From contig JACQZY010000019.1 in the NCBI GenBank assembly GCA_016213645.1, forward strand, positions 4,125 to 68,124: 64,000 nucleotides of DNA, in the 5' to 3' direction. Positions 28,110 through 37,099 of this stretch are shown here, piece after piece. A program made the position numbers and the translations under genes. The stretch's first letter is position 1. Every line of letters begins with the position of its first letter. Origin of the DNA: Actinomycetota bacterium (GTDB lineage Bacteria > Actinomycetota > Thermoleophilia > Solirubrobacterales > JACPNS01). Below the pieces are notes generated by a model that worked only from the letters and a program-made list of their open reading frames with translations, did no database searches and was not told the origin of the DNA.

Positions 28110-28898
28110 TCAGTTCCCGGGCAGCGGCGCGCCCACGGCGGCGGACTGCGCCAAGCGAAGTTCGGCGATGCCCTTGGCGGCCAGTTCAAGCAGCTGGTCC
28201 AGCGACGCGCGTGAAAGCGGGGTGCGCTCGGCGGTGGCCTGCACCTCGATCAACCCATCGTCGCCGGTCATCACAACGTTCGCGTCGACCTCGGCGCGGG
28301 AGTCTTCTGTGTATTCCAGGTCCAGCAGCGCGGCGCCGTCCACAACCCCACACGAGATCGCCGCGACCGACGACACCAGTGGCAATTCGGAAAGCTCGCC
28401 GGCCTCGATCAACTTGTTGAGGGCAAGATGCAGGGCAACGTAGCCACCGGTGATCGCCGCGCAGCGCGTTCCGCCGTCGGCCTGCAGCACGTCGCAATCC
28501 ACGGTGATCGCTCGCTCGCCAAGCTGCGCCATGTCCACGGCGCAGCGCAGGCTGCGGCCGATCAGACGCTGGATCTCAACAGACCGGCCGTCCTGACGGC
28601 CGCTCTTGATGTCGCGTGCCTTGCGATCGCCGGTGGACGCCGGCAGCATCGCGTACTCGGCCGTCACCCAGCCGCGCCCCGAGCCTTCCATCCAGCGCGG
28701 AACACCCGCCGCCACCGACGCCGTGCAGATCACGCGCGTCTCGCCGATCGAGATCAGCGCCGAGCCGTCGGCGGTGCGCACGAAACCGGGTTCGATCGTG
28801 ATCGAACGTGTTTGGTCGTGCGCACGGCCTGAGCTGCGAGTCAAATCGTTCACGGGCGGGATCATAGATGCGGATCGCACCACGTCCGGCGAATTCAC
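28110..28898 (-). CDS. rph: ribonuclease PH
   Basis: GRAHDQTRSITIEPGFVRTADGSALISIGETRVICTASV and DCDVLQADGGTRCAAITG. An alternative start is ATG 28865. Confidence 0.9.
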   Translation of the reverse strand: MNSPDVVRSASMIPPVNDLTRSSGRAHDQTRSITIEPGFVRTADGSALISIGETRVICTASVAAGVPRWMEGSGRGWVTAEYAMLPASTGDRKARDIKSGRQDGRSVEIQRLIGRSLRCAVDMAQLGERAITVDCDVLQADGGTRCAAITGGYVALHLALNKLIEAGELSELPLVSSVAAISCGVVDGAALLDLEYTEDSRAEVDANVVMTGDDGLIEVQATAERTPLSRASLDQLLELAAKGIAELRLAQSAAVGAPLPGN

Positions 28899-28964
28899 CC
28901 CGGCACGACCGGCGATCGCCAGAGAGCCAACCGCTCGCCCGGCGAACGCCGCATGCCCAAGCGC

Positions 28965-29231
28965 CTAGCCGGGCATGATCTTGTCCAATGCCCCGGTGAC
29001 GCCCTTGATCAGCTTGCTGCCGATCTTCGTCACGAATCCAAGCGAGTCGAGGCCGGCCACGATCATGCCGATGCCGGTGCCCAGCACCACCACCAGTCCG
29101 ACGTATTCCACGGTCGCCTGACCACGTTCCGATGTGGCACGCTGGGCGAGGTCGATCGCCTTCACGCTCAGCCGCAGAGCGAGTTCACGCATTTGTTTCT
29201 CCTTCGGGAGGTCGAGTTTCAGCTTGCCCAT
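28965..29231 (-). CDS. Flp-family type IVb pilin-like protein (orphan)
   Basis: ERGQATVEYVGLVVVLGTGIGMIVAG matches the Flp prepilin motif (G/xxxxEY plus a hydrophobic helix). Two SD-preceded ATGs, at 29231 and 29192. Confidence 0.55.
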   Translation of the reverse strand: MGKLKLDLPKEKQMRELALRLSVKAIDLAQRATSERGQATVEYVGLVVVLGTGIGMIVAGLDSLGFVTKIGSKLIKGVTGALDKIMPG

Positions 29232-29383
29232 CGATCCTCCACCCCGGCGCGTGACGTTTCAAGACACGTTCGCAACGATTCTGCCGCGAAAACGTAAAGA
29301 TTCGGCACACGACGTAACACGACGTCGATAGCGTTCGCGCTGGCGCTCACAAACGCGCCGCACGCCAACACTGGAGTCAAGTC

Positions 29384-30328
29384 ATCCGCGTCCTGATCGT
29401 CACAAACATGTATCCGGCGAAAGATCGCCCGGAGCTGGGCGTGTTCGTACGCGACCAACTGGAGGCAATCTGCCGCCGCGACGACATCGACGCCGAGCTA
29501 TTCGCCTTCGAGCCCGGCGGCGGACGGAACTATCTGCGCGCGGTCTTGGACCTGCGAAAACACCTCAAGAGCCATCGATATGACGTGATCCACGCCCACT
29601 ACGGCCTGACCGGCTGGGTCGCCAAGCTCGCCGGCGCGGCGCCGCTGGCCGTCACGTATCACGGCACGGACCTGCGCCACGAAAGAGTCGGCCCGTGGTC
29701 ACGCCGGCTCGCCGGACGGATTGAGCAGGCGGTTGTGGTGTCCGAGGAACTCGGTCGCTCACTTGACGGCGTGAAACTCAAGCGACCACTCGCCATCCTG
29801 CCGTGCGGCGTGAACTTGGACCGTGCGACCGCGATACCGCGTACCGAAGCGCGCAAGCGGCTCGGCTTGGACCCCGAAGGCAGCTACGCCTTGTTCCCGG
29901 CAGACCCGGCACGTCCCGAAAAGCGTCACGATCGGGCGGTCGTGTTGTTGAAAGAGTTTCCCGACGTCGAGCTGCTGACCCTTGGCGGCGTGCCGCCCGA
30001 AGCGGTGAGCGCCCACTTCTCGGCCGCCGACGTCGTACTGATCCCTTCGGAGTACGAAGGCTTCGGCCTGGCCGTGCTCGAAGCGCTTGCATGCGGAGTA
30101 CCGGTGATCGCCACGCCAACCGGCATCGCGCCGGATGCTCTGGCGGACGTGGATGGCACGCACTGCCTGCCGTTCGATCTCGGCGAATGGCGCGAACGAC
30201 TTGCCCAAGTGCTCGACGACCCCGACCCGCGAATCGACGGCGCCGCACGGGCCGCCGAATACTCAACCGACGTGATGGCCAGACGCGCCGCCGATCTGTA
30301 CCGCTCGCTCGCAGAGACACGGCCGTGA
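29384..30328 (+). CDS. GT4-family glycosyltransferase; start codon apparently ATC
   Basis: C-terminal IPSEYEGFGLAVLEALACGVPVIATPTG (GT4 E-x7-E region). The N-terminal Rossmann strand (I)RVLIVTNMYP lies upstream of the first ATG (29408). A GGAG SD sits 7 nt before ATC 29384. Confidence 0.75.
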   Translation: MRVLIVTNMYPAKDRPELGVFVRDQLEAICRRDDIDAELFAFEPGGGRNYLRAVLDLRKHLKSHRYDVIHAHYGLTGWVAKLAGAAPLAVTYHGTDLRHERVGPWSRRLAGRIEQAVVVSEELGRSLDGVKLKRPLAILPCGVNLDRATAIPRTEARKRLGLDPEGSYALFPADPARPEKRHDRAVVLLKEFPDVELLTLGGVPPEAVSAHFSAADVVLIPSEYEGFGLAVLEALACGVPVIATPTGIAPDALADVDGTHCLPFDLGEWRERLAQVLDDPDPRIDGAARAAEYSTDVMARRAADLYRSLAETRP

Positions 30329-31824
30329 ACCAAGCCGGCAGGCAGAAGATCGTCGCCGAGGTGATCGTGGCCGGAGCCGGCGCCGCCGGTCTATATGCGG
30401 CCCTGACCGCCGCCCGCGAAGGGGCACGCACGCTGCTTGTCTCGCAGGCGCCGCTGGCGTCGACGGCAAGCTACTGGGCGCAGGGCGGTATCGCCGCCGC
30501 GCTGGGCGCGGACGACAGCGTGGAGCAGCACCAGGCGGACACGCTCGCCGCGGGACGCCAGGCAGCACGCGTCAGCGCGGTTCGGGTGCTGGTACACGAA
30601 TCGCCATCGGCCGTGCGTGACCTGATCTCGCTTGGCGTGGATTTCGACCGTGACGCCGACGGCACGCTCGCGCGCGGTCTGGAGGGCGGCCACAGCATGC
30701 GTCGAGTGGTTCACGCCGGTGGCAGCGCGACCGGCCGGCGAATCACGCGCGAGCTTTCGGCACTCGCCGCAGAGCATCCGCTGATCACCGTGATCGAGCA
30801 GGCGTCTGCGAGATCGCTAACGATCGAAAACGGCCGCTGCACCGGCGTGATGGTGAGCGTGGCGGGTACCGACGCGGTAACGCTGACCGCCCGCGCGACG
30901 ATTCTCGCGACCGGCGGATACGCGGCGCTTTGGGCGCGTTCCACAAATCCGCCGGCCGCCGTTGGCAGCGGCCTGACGATGGCGCACGCCGCCGGCGCCG
31001 AGCTCGCCGATCTGGAGTTTCTGCAGTTCCACCCCACCGCACTGCTCAGCGAGACGCGCAATCAGGGCTTCCTGATCACAGAGGCGATCCGCGGCGAGGG
31101 AGCCACGTTGATCGATCAGCACGGCGAGCGTTTCGTCGAGGAGCTCGCCCCGCGCGACGAGGTCGCGGCGGCGGTCGAGCGCCGGCGCAACGGCGAGGAC
31201 GGCCGGCCGGGCGGGCCGGTCTTTCTGGATATGCGCAAGATCGACCGTGCGATGTTCCCCAACGTCTTCGACAAGATCGAACAGGCCGGCATCGACCCCC
31301 GGCGCGAACCCGTACCGGTCGCACCCGCCGCGCATTACGGAATGGGCGGCATCGTGACCGACCTGAACGCCCGCTCGAAGGTGCCCGGACTGCTTGCGGT
31401 TGGCGAATGCGCGTGTACGGGGTTGCACGGCGCCAACCGGCTGGCCTCGAACTCGCTGGCGGAGTGCCTGGTGTTCGGTCGCCGCGCAGCGATCGCGGCG
31501 CTGGCCGAGCCGGCGCCCGCCCACGAAGGACAGAAGACCGGCGAAACACGTCCGGCGATGCCGACGGAACCGGACCCCGACCCGGCGGCGACTCGCGACC
31601 TGCTTTGGCGTTGCGGCGGCATCGAGCGCGACGCGGCCGGCCTGACCGAACTCGCCGCCAGCGCCAATCCGCTGGTCCGAATGATCGCCGCCGGTGCGCT
31701 CGCCCGGCGCGAAACGCGTGGCGCGCACCAGCGAAAAGACTTTCCCGAGCTCGACCACGAACTCGACTTCCAGCACTTTGTGACCGGCGCCGAGGGAGAG
31801 CTCAAACGCGTACGGTGGGAGTAG
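30325..31824 (+). CDS. nadB: L-aspartate oxidase
   Basis: FAD motif VIVAGAGAAGLYAAL, WAQGGIAA, HYGMGGI and GANRLASNSL. GTG 30325 overlaps the GT4 stop (GTGA). The track ORF from 29803 is an out-of-frame extension. Confidence 0.9.
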   Translation: MNQAGRQKIVAEVIVAGAGAAGLYAALTAAREGARTLLVSQAPLASTASYWAQGGIAAALGADDSVEQHQADTLAAGRQAARVSAVRVLVHESPSAVRDLISLGVDFDRDADGTLARGLEGGHSMRRVVHAGGSATGRRITRELSALAAEHPLITVIEQASARSLTIENGRCTGVMVSVAGTDAVTLTARATILATGGYAALWARSTNPPAAVGSGLTMAHAAGAELADLEFLQFHPTALLSETRNQGFLITEAIRGEGATLIDQHGERFVEELAPRDEVAAAVERRRNGEDGRPGGPVFLDMRKIDRAMFPNVFDKIEQAGIDPRREPVPVAPAAHYGMGGIVTDLNARSKVPGLLAVGECACTGLHGANRLASNSLAECLVFGRRAAIAALAEPAPAHEGQKTGETRPAMPTEPDPDPAATRDLLWRCGGIERDAAGLTELAASANPLVRMIAAGALARRETRGAHQRKDFPELDHELDFQHFVTGAEGELKRVRWE

Positions 31825-32079
31825 AGGGACGACCTCCAGGCGAACCAAAACCGAGCTTATTCGCACCCGAAGTGCGGACCCGCGCCGGTTTTCATAGTGA
31901 TTTGCTCGGAAAAAGCCCGCGGAGCGGCTCAGAACCCCGGAAAAATCAGCTAATTTGCAGGCGTTTTGCAGATTAAACAACGCTTAACCAGGATTTTTCA
32001 AAATGTTCACCTAAATGCGAAATACTGGTATGGCAGCCGGGAACGTGAGGTTCCGGCAGGGACCAAGGGAGTTGAGCAC

Positions 32080-32541
32080 ATGTACGCATTGAGCAGAGCC
32101 CTCTACAAGGACATCGCGCCGTACATCACAGACGAGCACGTCAACGGAGTAAGTGCAGACGTACGTGGAAACGTACTCGCGTCATGTGAGCAGACGATGG
32201 AACGGATTGCCGACGACTGGCGTTACTTCAACCACCCGGACCGCTTCCTCTTCGAGCAGGTCCGCGCATATTTCCCGATCACCGAGCAGCTCAGGGTGTA
32301 CAACCTGATCGCCAAGCACGTCGAACGCGCGCTCCAGGTCACAAAGACCTACGCCGCCCGTGGATTCAAACCTGACGGCACGCGCCTGCGCTGCCGCGCG
32401 ACCACGCGTCGCAGCACTCCCTGTATGCGAAACATTGTGCCGGGCACCGAGTACTGCCCCTCGCACCAGCACCTGGCCGAGCCTCACTTCATCGAGCCCA
32501 AACGCGTTCACGGACCGGCGGCACACGCCGACGCCGCGTAG
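32080..32541 (+). CDS. hypothetical protein with C-terminal Cys/His motif
   Basis: ATG 32080 is preceded by an AAGGGAG SD. 153 aa. C-terminal RCRATTRRSTPCMRNIVPGTEYCPSHQH (C-x10-C-x10-C-x2-H). Lower GC than its neighbours. No family recognised. Confidence 0.5.
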   Translation: MYALSRALYKDIAPYITDEHVNGVSADVRGNVLASCEQTMERIADDWRYFNHPDRFLFEQVRAYFPITEQLRVYNLIAKHVERALQVTKTYAARGFKPDGTRLRCRATTRRSTPCMRNIVPGTEYCPSHQHLAEPHFIEPKRVHGPAAHADAA

Positions 32542-32618
32542 GAGAACCCTCACGGCACTGGCGTCCGTCCGCCCGCGACCGAACAGCTCCTCCGGCCTCC
32601 CCCCATCCGGAAGAGCAG

Positions 32619-32650
32619 AAAACGAGAGCCGTACGGCTCTCGTTTTCGTT
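32619..32650 (+). terminator. rho-independent terminator (A-tract/T-tract flanked, potentially bidirectional)
   Basis: aaaacgagagccg-ta-cggctctcgtttt is a perfect 13-nt arm pair (32619-32631 / 32634-32646) followed by tcgtt. Lies 78 nt after the stop of the hypothetical gene. Confidence 0.65.
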
Positions 32651-32712
32651 CGCGGATGAAGACCGCCGGCCGGGCCGACGCGATCTCCCTTCACGAGATA
32701 TCGTGGCCGGCC

Positions 32713-34764
32713 ATGAACCCAAGCACGATCCTCGCGGTCGACGTTGGCGGCACGTTCACCGACGCCGTGCTGATCGCGGACGGCCACGTATTCAGCGGCA
32801 AGACCCCAACCACCCCGGACGATCAGTCACTCGGCGTGATCACGGCCGCCCGCCAGGCCCTGGGCGCGGCGGATGTGCGGCCCAACGACGTCGAGGCCTT
32901 CGTGCACGGCATGACGGTCACAACCAACGCACTGCTCGAAGGCCGCTTCGCGCGCACCGCCCTGCTGGCCACAAAAGGTTTCACCGACATCGAAGAACTC
33001 GGCCGCCAAAACCGCCCCGATCTTTACAAGCTCTGCAAGAACCGACCGGCGCCGATCGTCCCGGACAATCTGCGCCTGCCCGTCGCGGAGCGGTGCGGGC
33101 CCGACGGCGTGATCGAACCCTTGGACGAGGACTCCGTGCGAGCCGCGCTCAAACGGTGCAGAGAGGCCAAGGTTGAAAGCATCGCCGTCTGTCTGCTCTT
33201 TTCGTTTCGCCACCCGGCGCACGAACTGCGCATCGCAGAGATCGCGCACGAAGTGATGCCGACTGTTCATGTGTCGCTCTCGCACGAAGCCGTCGGCACC
33301 TTTCGCGAGTACGAGCGCTGCGCCACGACGATCGCCGATGCCGCGCTCTCACCGCTTTTGGCCGGCTACCTGGCGCGATTGCGCGAACGCGCGGCGACCG
33401 AGGGGTTACCGGCGCCAGACGTGATGCTCAGCAACGGCGGCAGCGCGGCCGCCGAGCTGGCCGCGCGCAACGCGGCCGCCACCGTGCTCTCCGGACCGGC
33501 GGGCGGAGCCGTCGGGACCGCTCGCGCCGCCGCGCGCGCGGGCGCGCCGCGGGCGCTCGGTTTCGACATGGGCGGCACCTCCACGGACGTTTCGCTTGTG
33601 CACGACGGCTTGGTCAGCGTCAGCGCGTCGCGCGAGATAGCTGGCCGTCCGGTGGCGCTGCCGTCGATCGACATCCTCACGGTCGGCGCCGGTGGAGGTT
33701 CGATCGCGTGGCGTGATGACGGCGGCGCGTTACGCGTGGGTCCACGGTCGGCGGGCGCGCGGCCGGGACCGGCTTGTTACGGACTCGGCGGCGCGGAGCC
33801 AACGGTCACCGACGCGAACCTGCTGCTGGGCCGGCTCGGGGCGGACTCGGCGCTGGCCGGCGGACTACGGCTAAACACCGCCGCGGCCGAACGCGCCGTC
33901 GGCGCTCTGGCGGACGATCTCGGGCTGGACATTCAAGCCACCGCCGAAGGAATAGTGCGCATCGCGAATCTTGAAATGCTGCGGGCCACGAACGCGGCCA
34001 CTGTCGCGCGCGGCGTCGATCCGCGCGACCACGTACTGGTGGCCTTTGGCGGGGCCGGGCCGATGCACGCGGTCGCGATCGCCGAAGCGCTGGGTATCGG
34101 CAAGGTGATCTGCCCACACGCTTGTGGCGTGCTTTCGGCACGCGGCATGGCTGCGGCGGGGCGCAGACGCGACCGCTCACGCAGCGTCGTGCGCAACCTG
34201 CAAAACCTCGACGACGACACTATCTCCCAGATCGTCGACGAACTGCGCGAGGCCGCCGCCGCGGATCTCGCCGATCCACCGGAAGCCCGCGTCGAGGCGA
34301 CGTTCGAGCTGCGCTACGTAGGCCAGGCGCACGAGCTTGCGGTGCGACTTGATCCCGCCGAAGCCGCGGCCGCGTCGATCGAGCGCGCGTTTCACGACGC
34401 GCACCAGCGCAGCTACGGGTTCAGCGAACGCACGGCGCCGGTGGAACTTGTGACAGTGCGCGTCAGCGTCGAAATCGGCGGCGAACGCGGCGACGGCGCC
34501 GAAACCGCCGCGCCACGGTCACCTGGAGCGGGAGACGAAGGCGCAACCCTTCCCCCGGCCACGCGCACGGCATGGTTCGGCGGAAAGCCGTACGACACAT
34601 CAGTCGTACGCCTGCCGCGCACCGGAGACGCGTTCCCCGGCCCCGCCGTGATCGAACTGCCGGAGGCGACCGTCGTGGTGCCGCCGGGATGGACCGCGTC
34701 GATCACGCCACACGCAGACGTCAGCCTCGATCGCCGCGCCGGCGCGGCCGGGAACTCCGCTTGA
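32713..34764 (+). CDS. hydantoinase/oxoprolinase A-family protein (HyuA-like)
   Basis: MNPSTILAVDVGGTFTDAVL N-terminus. Hydantoinase_A pattern (FDMGGTSTDVS). 683 aa. Confidence 0.85.
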   Translation: MNPSTILAVDVGGTFTDAVLIADGHVFSGKTPTTPDDQSLGVITAARQALGAADVRPNDVEAFVHGMTVTTNALLEGRFARTALLATKGFTDIEELGRQNRPDLYKLCKNRPAPIVPDNLRLPVAERCGPDGVIEPLDEDSVRAALKRCREAKVESIAVCLLFSFRHPAHELRIAEIAHEVMPTVHVSLSHEAVGTFREYERCATTIADAALSPLLAGYLARLRERAATEGLPAPDVMLSNGGSAAAELAARNAAATVLSGPAGGAVGTARAAARAGAPRALGFDMGGTSTDVSLVHDGLVSVSASREIAGRPVALPSIDILTVGAGGGSIAWRDDGGALRVGPRSAGARPGPACYGLGGAEPTVTDANLLLGRLGADSALAGGLRLNTAAAERAVGALADDLGLDIQATAEGIVRIANLEMLRATNAATVARGVDPRDHVLVAFGGAGPMHAVAIAEALGIGKVICPHACGVLSARGMAAAGRRRDRSRSVVRNLQNLDDDTISQIVDELREAAAADLADPPEARVEATFELRYVGQAHELAVRLDPAEAAAASIERAFHDAHQRSYGFSERTAPVELVTVRVSVEIGGERGDGAETAAPRSPGAGDEGATLPPATRTAWFGGKPYDTSVVRLPRTGDAFPGPAVIELPEATVVVPPGWTASITPHADVSLDRRAGAAGNSA

Positions 34765-36290
34765 ACGGCTCGGCGAACACCATCGATCCCGTATTCCTGC
34801 GCGTCGCGGCGGGTTCGCTGGCGGCGGCCTGCGACGAGATGGGCGAAGTGCTGGTGCGGGCCGCGCACTCGGCCAACATCAAAGAGCGCCGCGACTGCTC
34901 GACCGGCCTCTTTGACCCGTCGGGGCAGATGACGATGCAGGCCGAACACATTCCAGTGCATCTTGGCGCGATGCCCGCCGCCGTCAAGGCCTTCATGCAC
35001 GAACGCCACGCGCCCGGCGACGCATGGATCCTCAATGATCCGTTCGCCGGCGGCACGCACCTGCCCGACATCACGATCGTCACACCGATCTTCGGGGCCG
35101 AAGGACGGCATCTGGGGTTCGCCGCCTGCCGCGCTCATCACGCGGACGTCGGCGGCGAGTCGCCCGGAAGCATGCCCGCCGACAGCACTTGCATCGAGCA
35201 AGAAGGTGTCGTGATTCCTCCCAGTCGCCTCGCCGCGGAAGGCGAGATCGACAAAGCCCTGCTCGCGAACCTGACGGCGCGCATGCGCGATCCCACACAA
35301 CGGGTGGCCGATCTGCACGCCCAGCTGGCAGCTTGCCGTCGCGGCGAACAGCGCGTGCGCGAGTTCGCGTCCGCGCACGGTGAGATGAGCTACCGCGCGG
35401 CGCTGGAGGCCGTCCTCGACTATGCCGAGCGCCGCGCCCGCGCCGGCATCGCGGCGTTGCCTGACGGCACTCGCGGCGCGGTCGACTACCTGGAAGACGA
35501 CGCGCGCGGCGAACCACTAGATCTCAGACTTTCACTCGCCGCAACTGTCAGCGGCGACGCCCTCACATTGGACTTCACCGGCACCGACGCCCAGCACACG
35601 GGCAATCTCAACTGCCCACTGGCGGTCACGCTTTCGGCCTGCTATTTCGCCGTTCGCGTGCTGACGGCGCCGGACGTGCCGGCGTGCTCCGGCGCGTACA
35701 GACCGGTGAAGGTGATCGTGCCCGAAGGAACATTGCTCAACGCACGTTCGCCGGCAGCCGTCGCGGGTGGAAACGTCGAGACCTCCAGCCGCGTCGCCGA
35801 CCTCGTGCTGACGGCCTTCGGGCATGCGCAGGGTCAGGGCACGATGAACAACCTCACACTCGGCAACGAGCGATTCACTCACTACGAAACATTCGGCGGT
35901 GGCCAAGGCGCCTGCGCCGACGCGCCCGGTCCGAGCGCGGTCCACGTGGCCATGAGCAACACCCTAAACACTCCGGTCGAAGCGCTGGAACTGGAGTTTC
36001 CGCTGCGCGTGCTCGAGTACTCGCTTCGCCGCGGCTCCGGCGGAACCGGTCGGCACCCCGGCGGCGACGGGGTGATACGAGAGATCGAGGCACTCGAAGA
36101 CATGGAGTGGTCGCTGATCGGCGAGCGACGGCGCCACGCCCCACGCGGAGCCGACGGCGGAGCGGATGGTGCACCGGGTCGCGACGCCGTGGCGGGCCGC
36201 CCGATCCCGGGTAAGGCGCGCGGTCGGTTGAACGCGGGCCAGACCCTGCGACTCGAAACGCCGGGAGGCGGCGCACACGGTTCAAATTGA
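34761..36290 (+). CDS. hydantoinase B/oxoprolinase-family protein (HyuB-like)
   Basis: IDPVFLRVAAGSLAAACDEMGEVLVRAAHSANIKERRDCSTGLFD is typical of the Hydantoinase_B N-terminus. TTG 34761 overlaps the hyuA stop (TTGA). Confidence 0.85.
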   Translation: MNGSANTIDPVFLRVAAGSLAAACDEMGEVLVRAAHSANIKERRDCSTGLFDPSGQMTMQAEHIPVHLGAMPAAVKAFMHERHAPGDAWILNDPFAGGTHLPDITIVTPIFGAEGRHLGFAACRAHHADVGGESPGSMPADSTCIEQEGVVIPPSRLAAEGEIDKALLANLTARMRDPTQRVADLHAQLAACRRGEQRVREFASAHGEMSYRAALEAVLDYAERRARAGIAALPDGTRGAVDYLEDDARGEPLDLRLSLAATVSGDALTLDFTGTDAQHTGNLNCPLAVTLSACYFAVRVLTAPDVPACSGAYRPVKVIVPEGTLLNARSPAAVAGGNVETSSRVADLVLTAFGHAQGQGTMNNLTLGNERFTHYETFGGGQGACADAPGPSAVHVAMSNTLNTPVEALELEFPLRVLEYSLRRGSGGTGRHPGGDGVIREIEALEDMEWSLIGERRRHAPRGADGGADGAPGRDAVAGRPIPGKARGRLNAGQTLRLETPGGGAHGSN

Positions 36291-36424
36291 ACGTGCGAGC
36301 GACAAACCTACCGATACGTATACCTTCGAGTAGAACCGCCGATACCGGCATTCTTTCGTAAAGCCGATGACGATGCGGTTTACGGGCATTCGGAGGGCGT
36401 ACCTCCGCGTTTGCCATTCGCCTT

Positions 36425-36430
36425 TATAAT
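36425..36430 (+). promoter_or_regulatory. perfect TATAAT -10 hexamer 9 nt upstream of the DUF1802 ATG (leaderless or near-leaderless mRNA candidate)
   Basis: Sequence is cctttataatcgcctcacgATG. No SD between the hexamer and the ATG. No convincing -35. Confidence 0.3.
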
Positions 36431-36439
36431 CGCCTCACG

Positions 36440-37066
36440 ATGCCGACCGCGTTGAAAGAATGGGCCGTTACCGTGCGCGCGCTGGCCGAGGGCGAACAGC
36501 TCGTGACGCTGCGCAAAGGCGGCATTCGCGAGGAGAACAAGCACTTCGCCATCGAGCACGACCGCTTCTACCTCTACCCCACCTTCGACCACCAGCAGGC
36601 GAGCCTTGTCCGCGAGTCGCACCAGCCCGAGATCAAGCGCGCGCTGGACGACGGCACATGGAGCCCGCCCACGCCGAGCGTGCGCATGATGGAGGCCGGC
36701 ATTCCGATCCCGCAGCCGGTCAGCGTGAGGCTGCGCGCGTGGGCCGAGGTGGTCGACTCGTGGGAGGTCACCTCGTCCGCCGCGCTGGACAAGCTGGCCC
36801 CCTTCCACGTATGGACACCCGAGTACGCCGTGAAGCGCTTCAGCTGGAAACCACGCCACCCGCTACACGTTCTGTTGTTGCGTGTGTACCGCATTCCGCG
36901 CCCGGTCACGATCAAAGTCAAGGACGAATACCTCGGCTGCAAGTCGTGGATCGAGGTCACTCGCGACCTGCCGTTTGAAGGCACGCCCGTGCTTTCGGAC
37001 CGTGAGTTCGAGGCCGTACGTCAAGACCTGGACTCCCGTCTCGCCGAAGGCCAACCAGCCGCGTAG
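36440..37066 (+). CDS. DUF1802-family protein
   Basis: MPTALKEWAVTVRALAEGEQLVTLRKGGIREENKHFAIEHDRFYLYPTFDHQQ resembles the DUF1802 N-terminal pattern as I remember it. Not verified by search. Confidence 0.55.
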   Translation: MPTALKEWAVTVRALAEGEQLVTLRKGGIREENKHFAIEHDRFYLYPTFDHQQASLVRESHQPEIKRALDDGTWSPPTPSVRMMEAGIPIPQPVSVRLRAWAEVVDSWEVTSSAALDKLAPFHVWTPEYAVKRFSWKPRHPLHVLLLRVYRIPRPVTIKVKDEYLGCKSWIEVTRDLPFEGTPVLSDREFEAVRQDLDSRLAEGQPAA

Positions 37067-37099
37067 CAACCTTCCGCGCCGGCGTCTAAGCTGCCCGGC

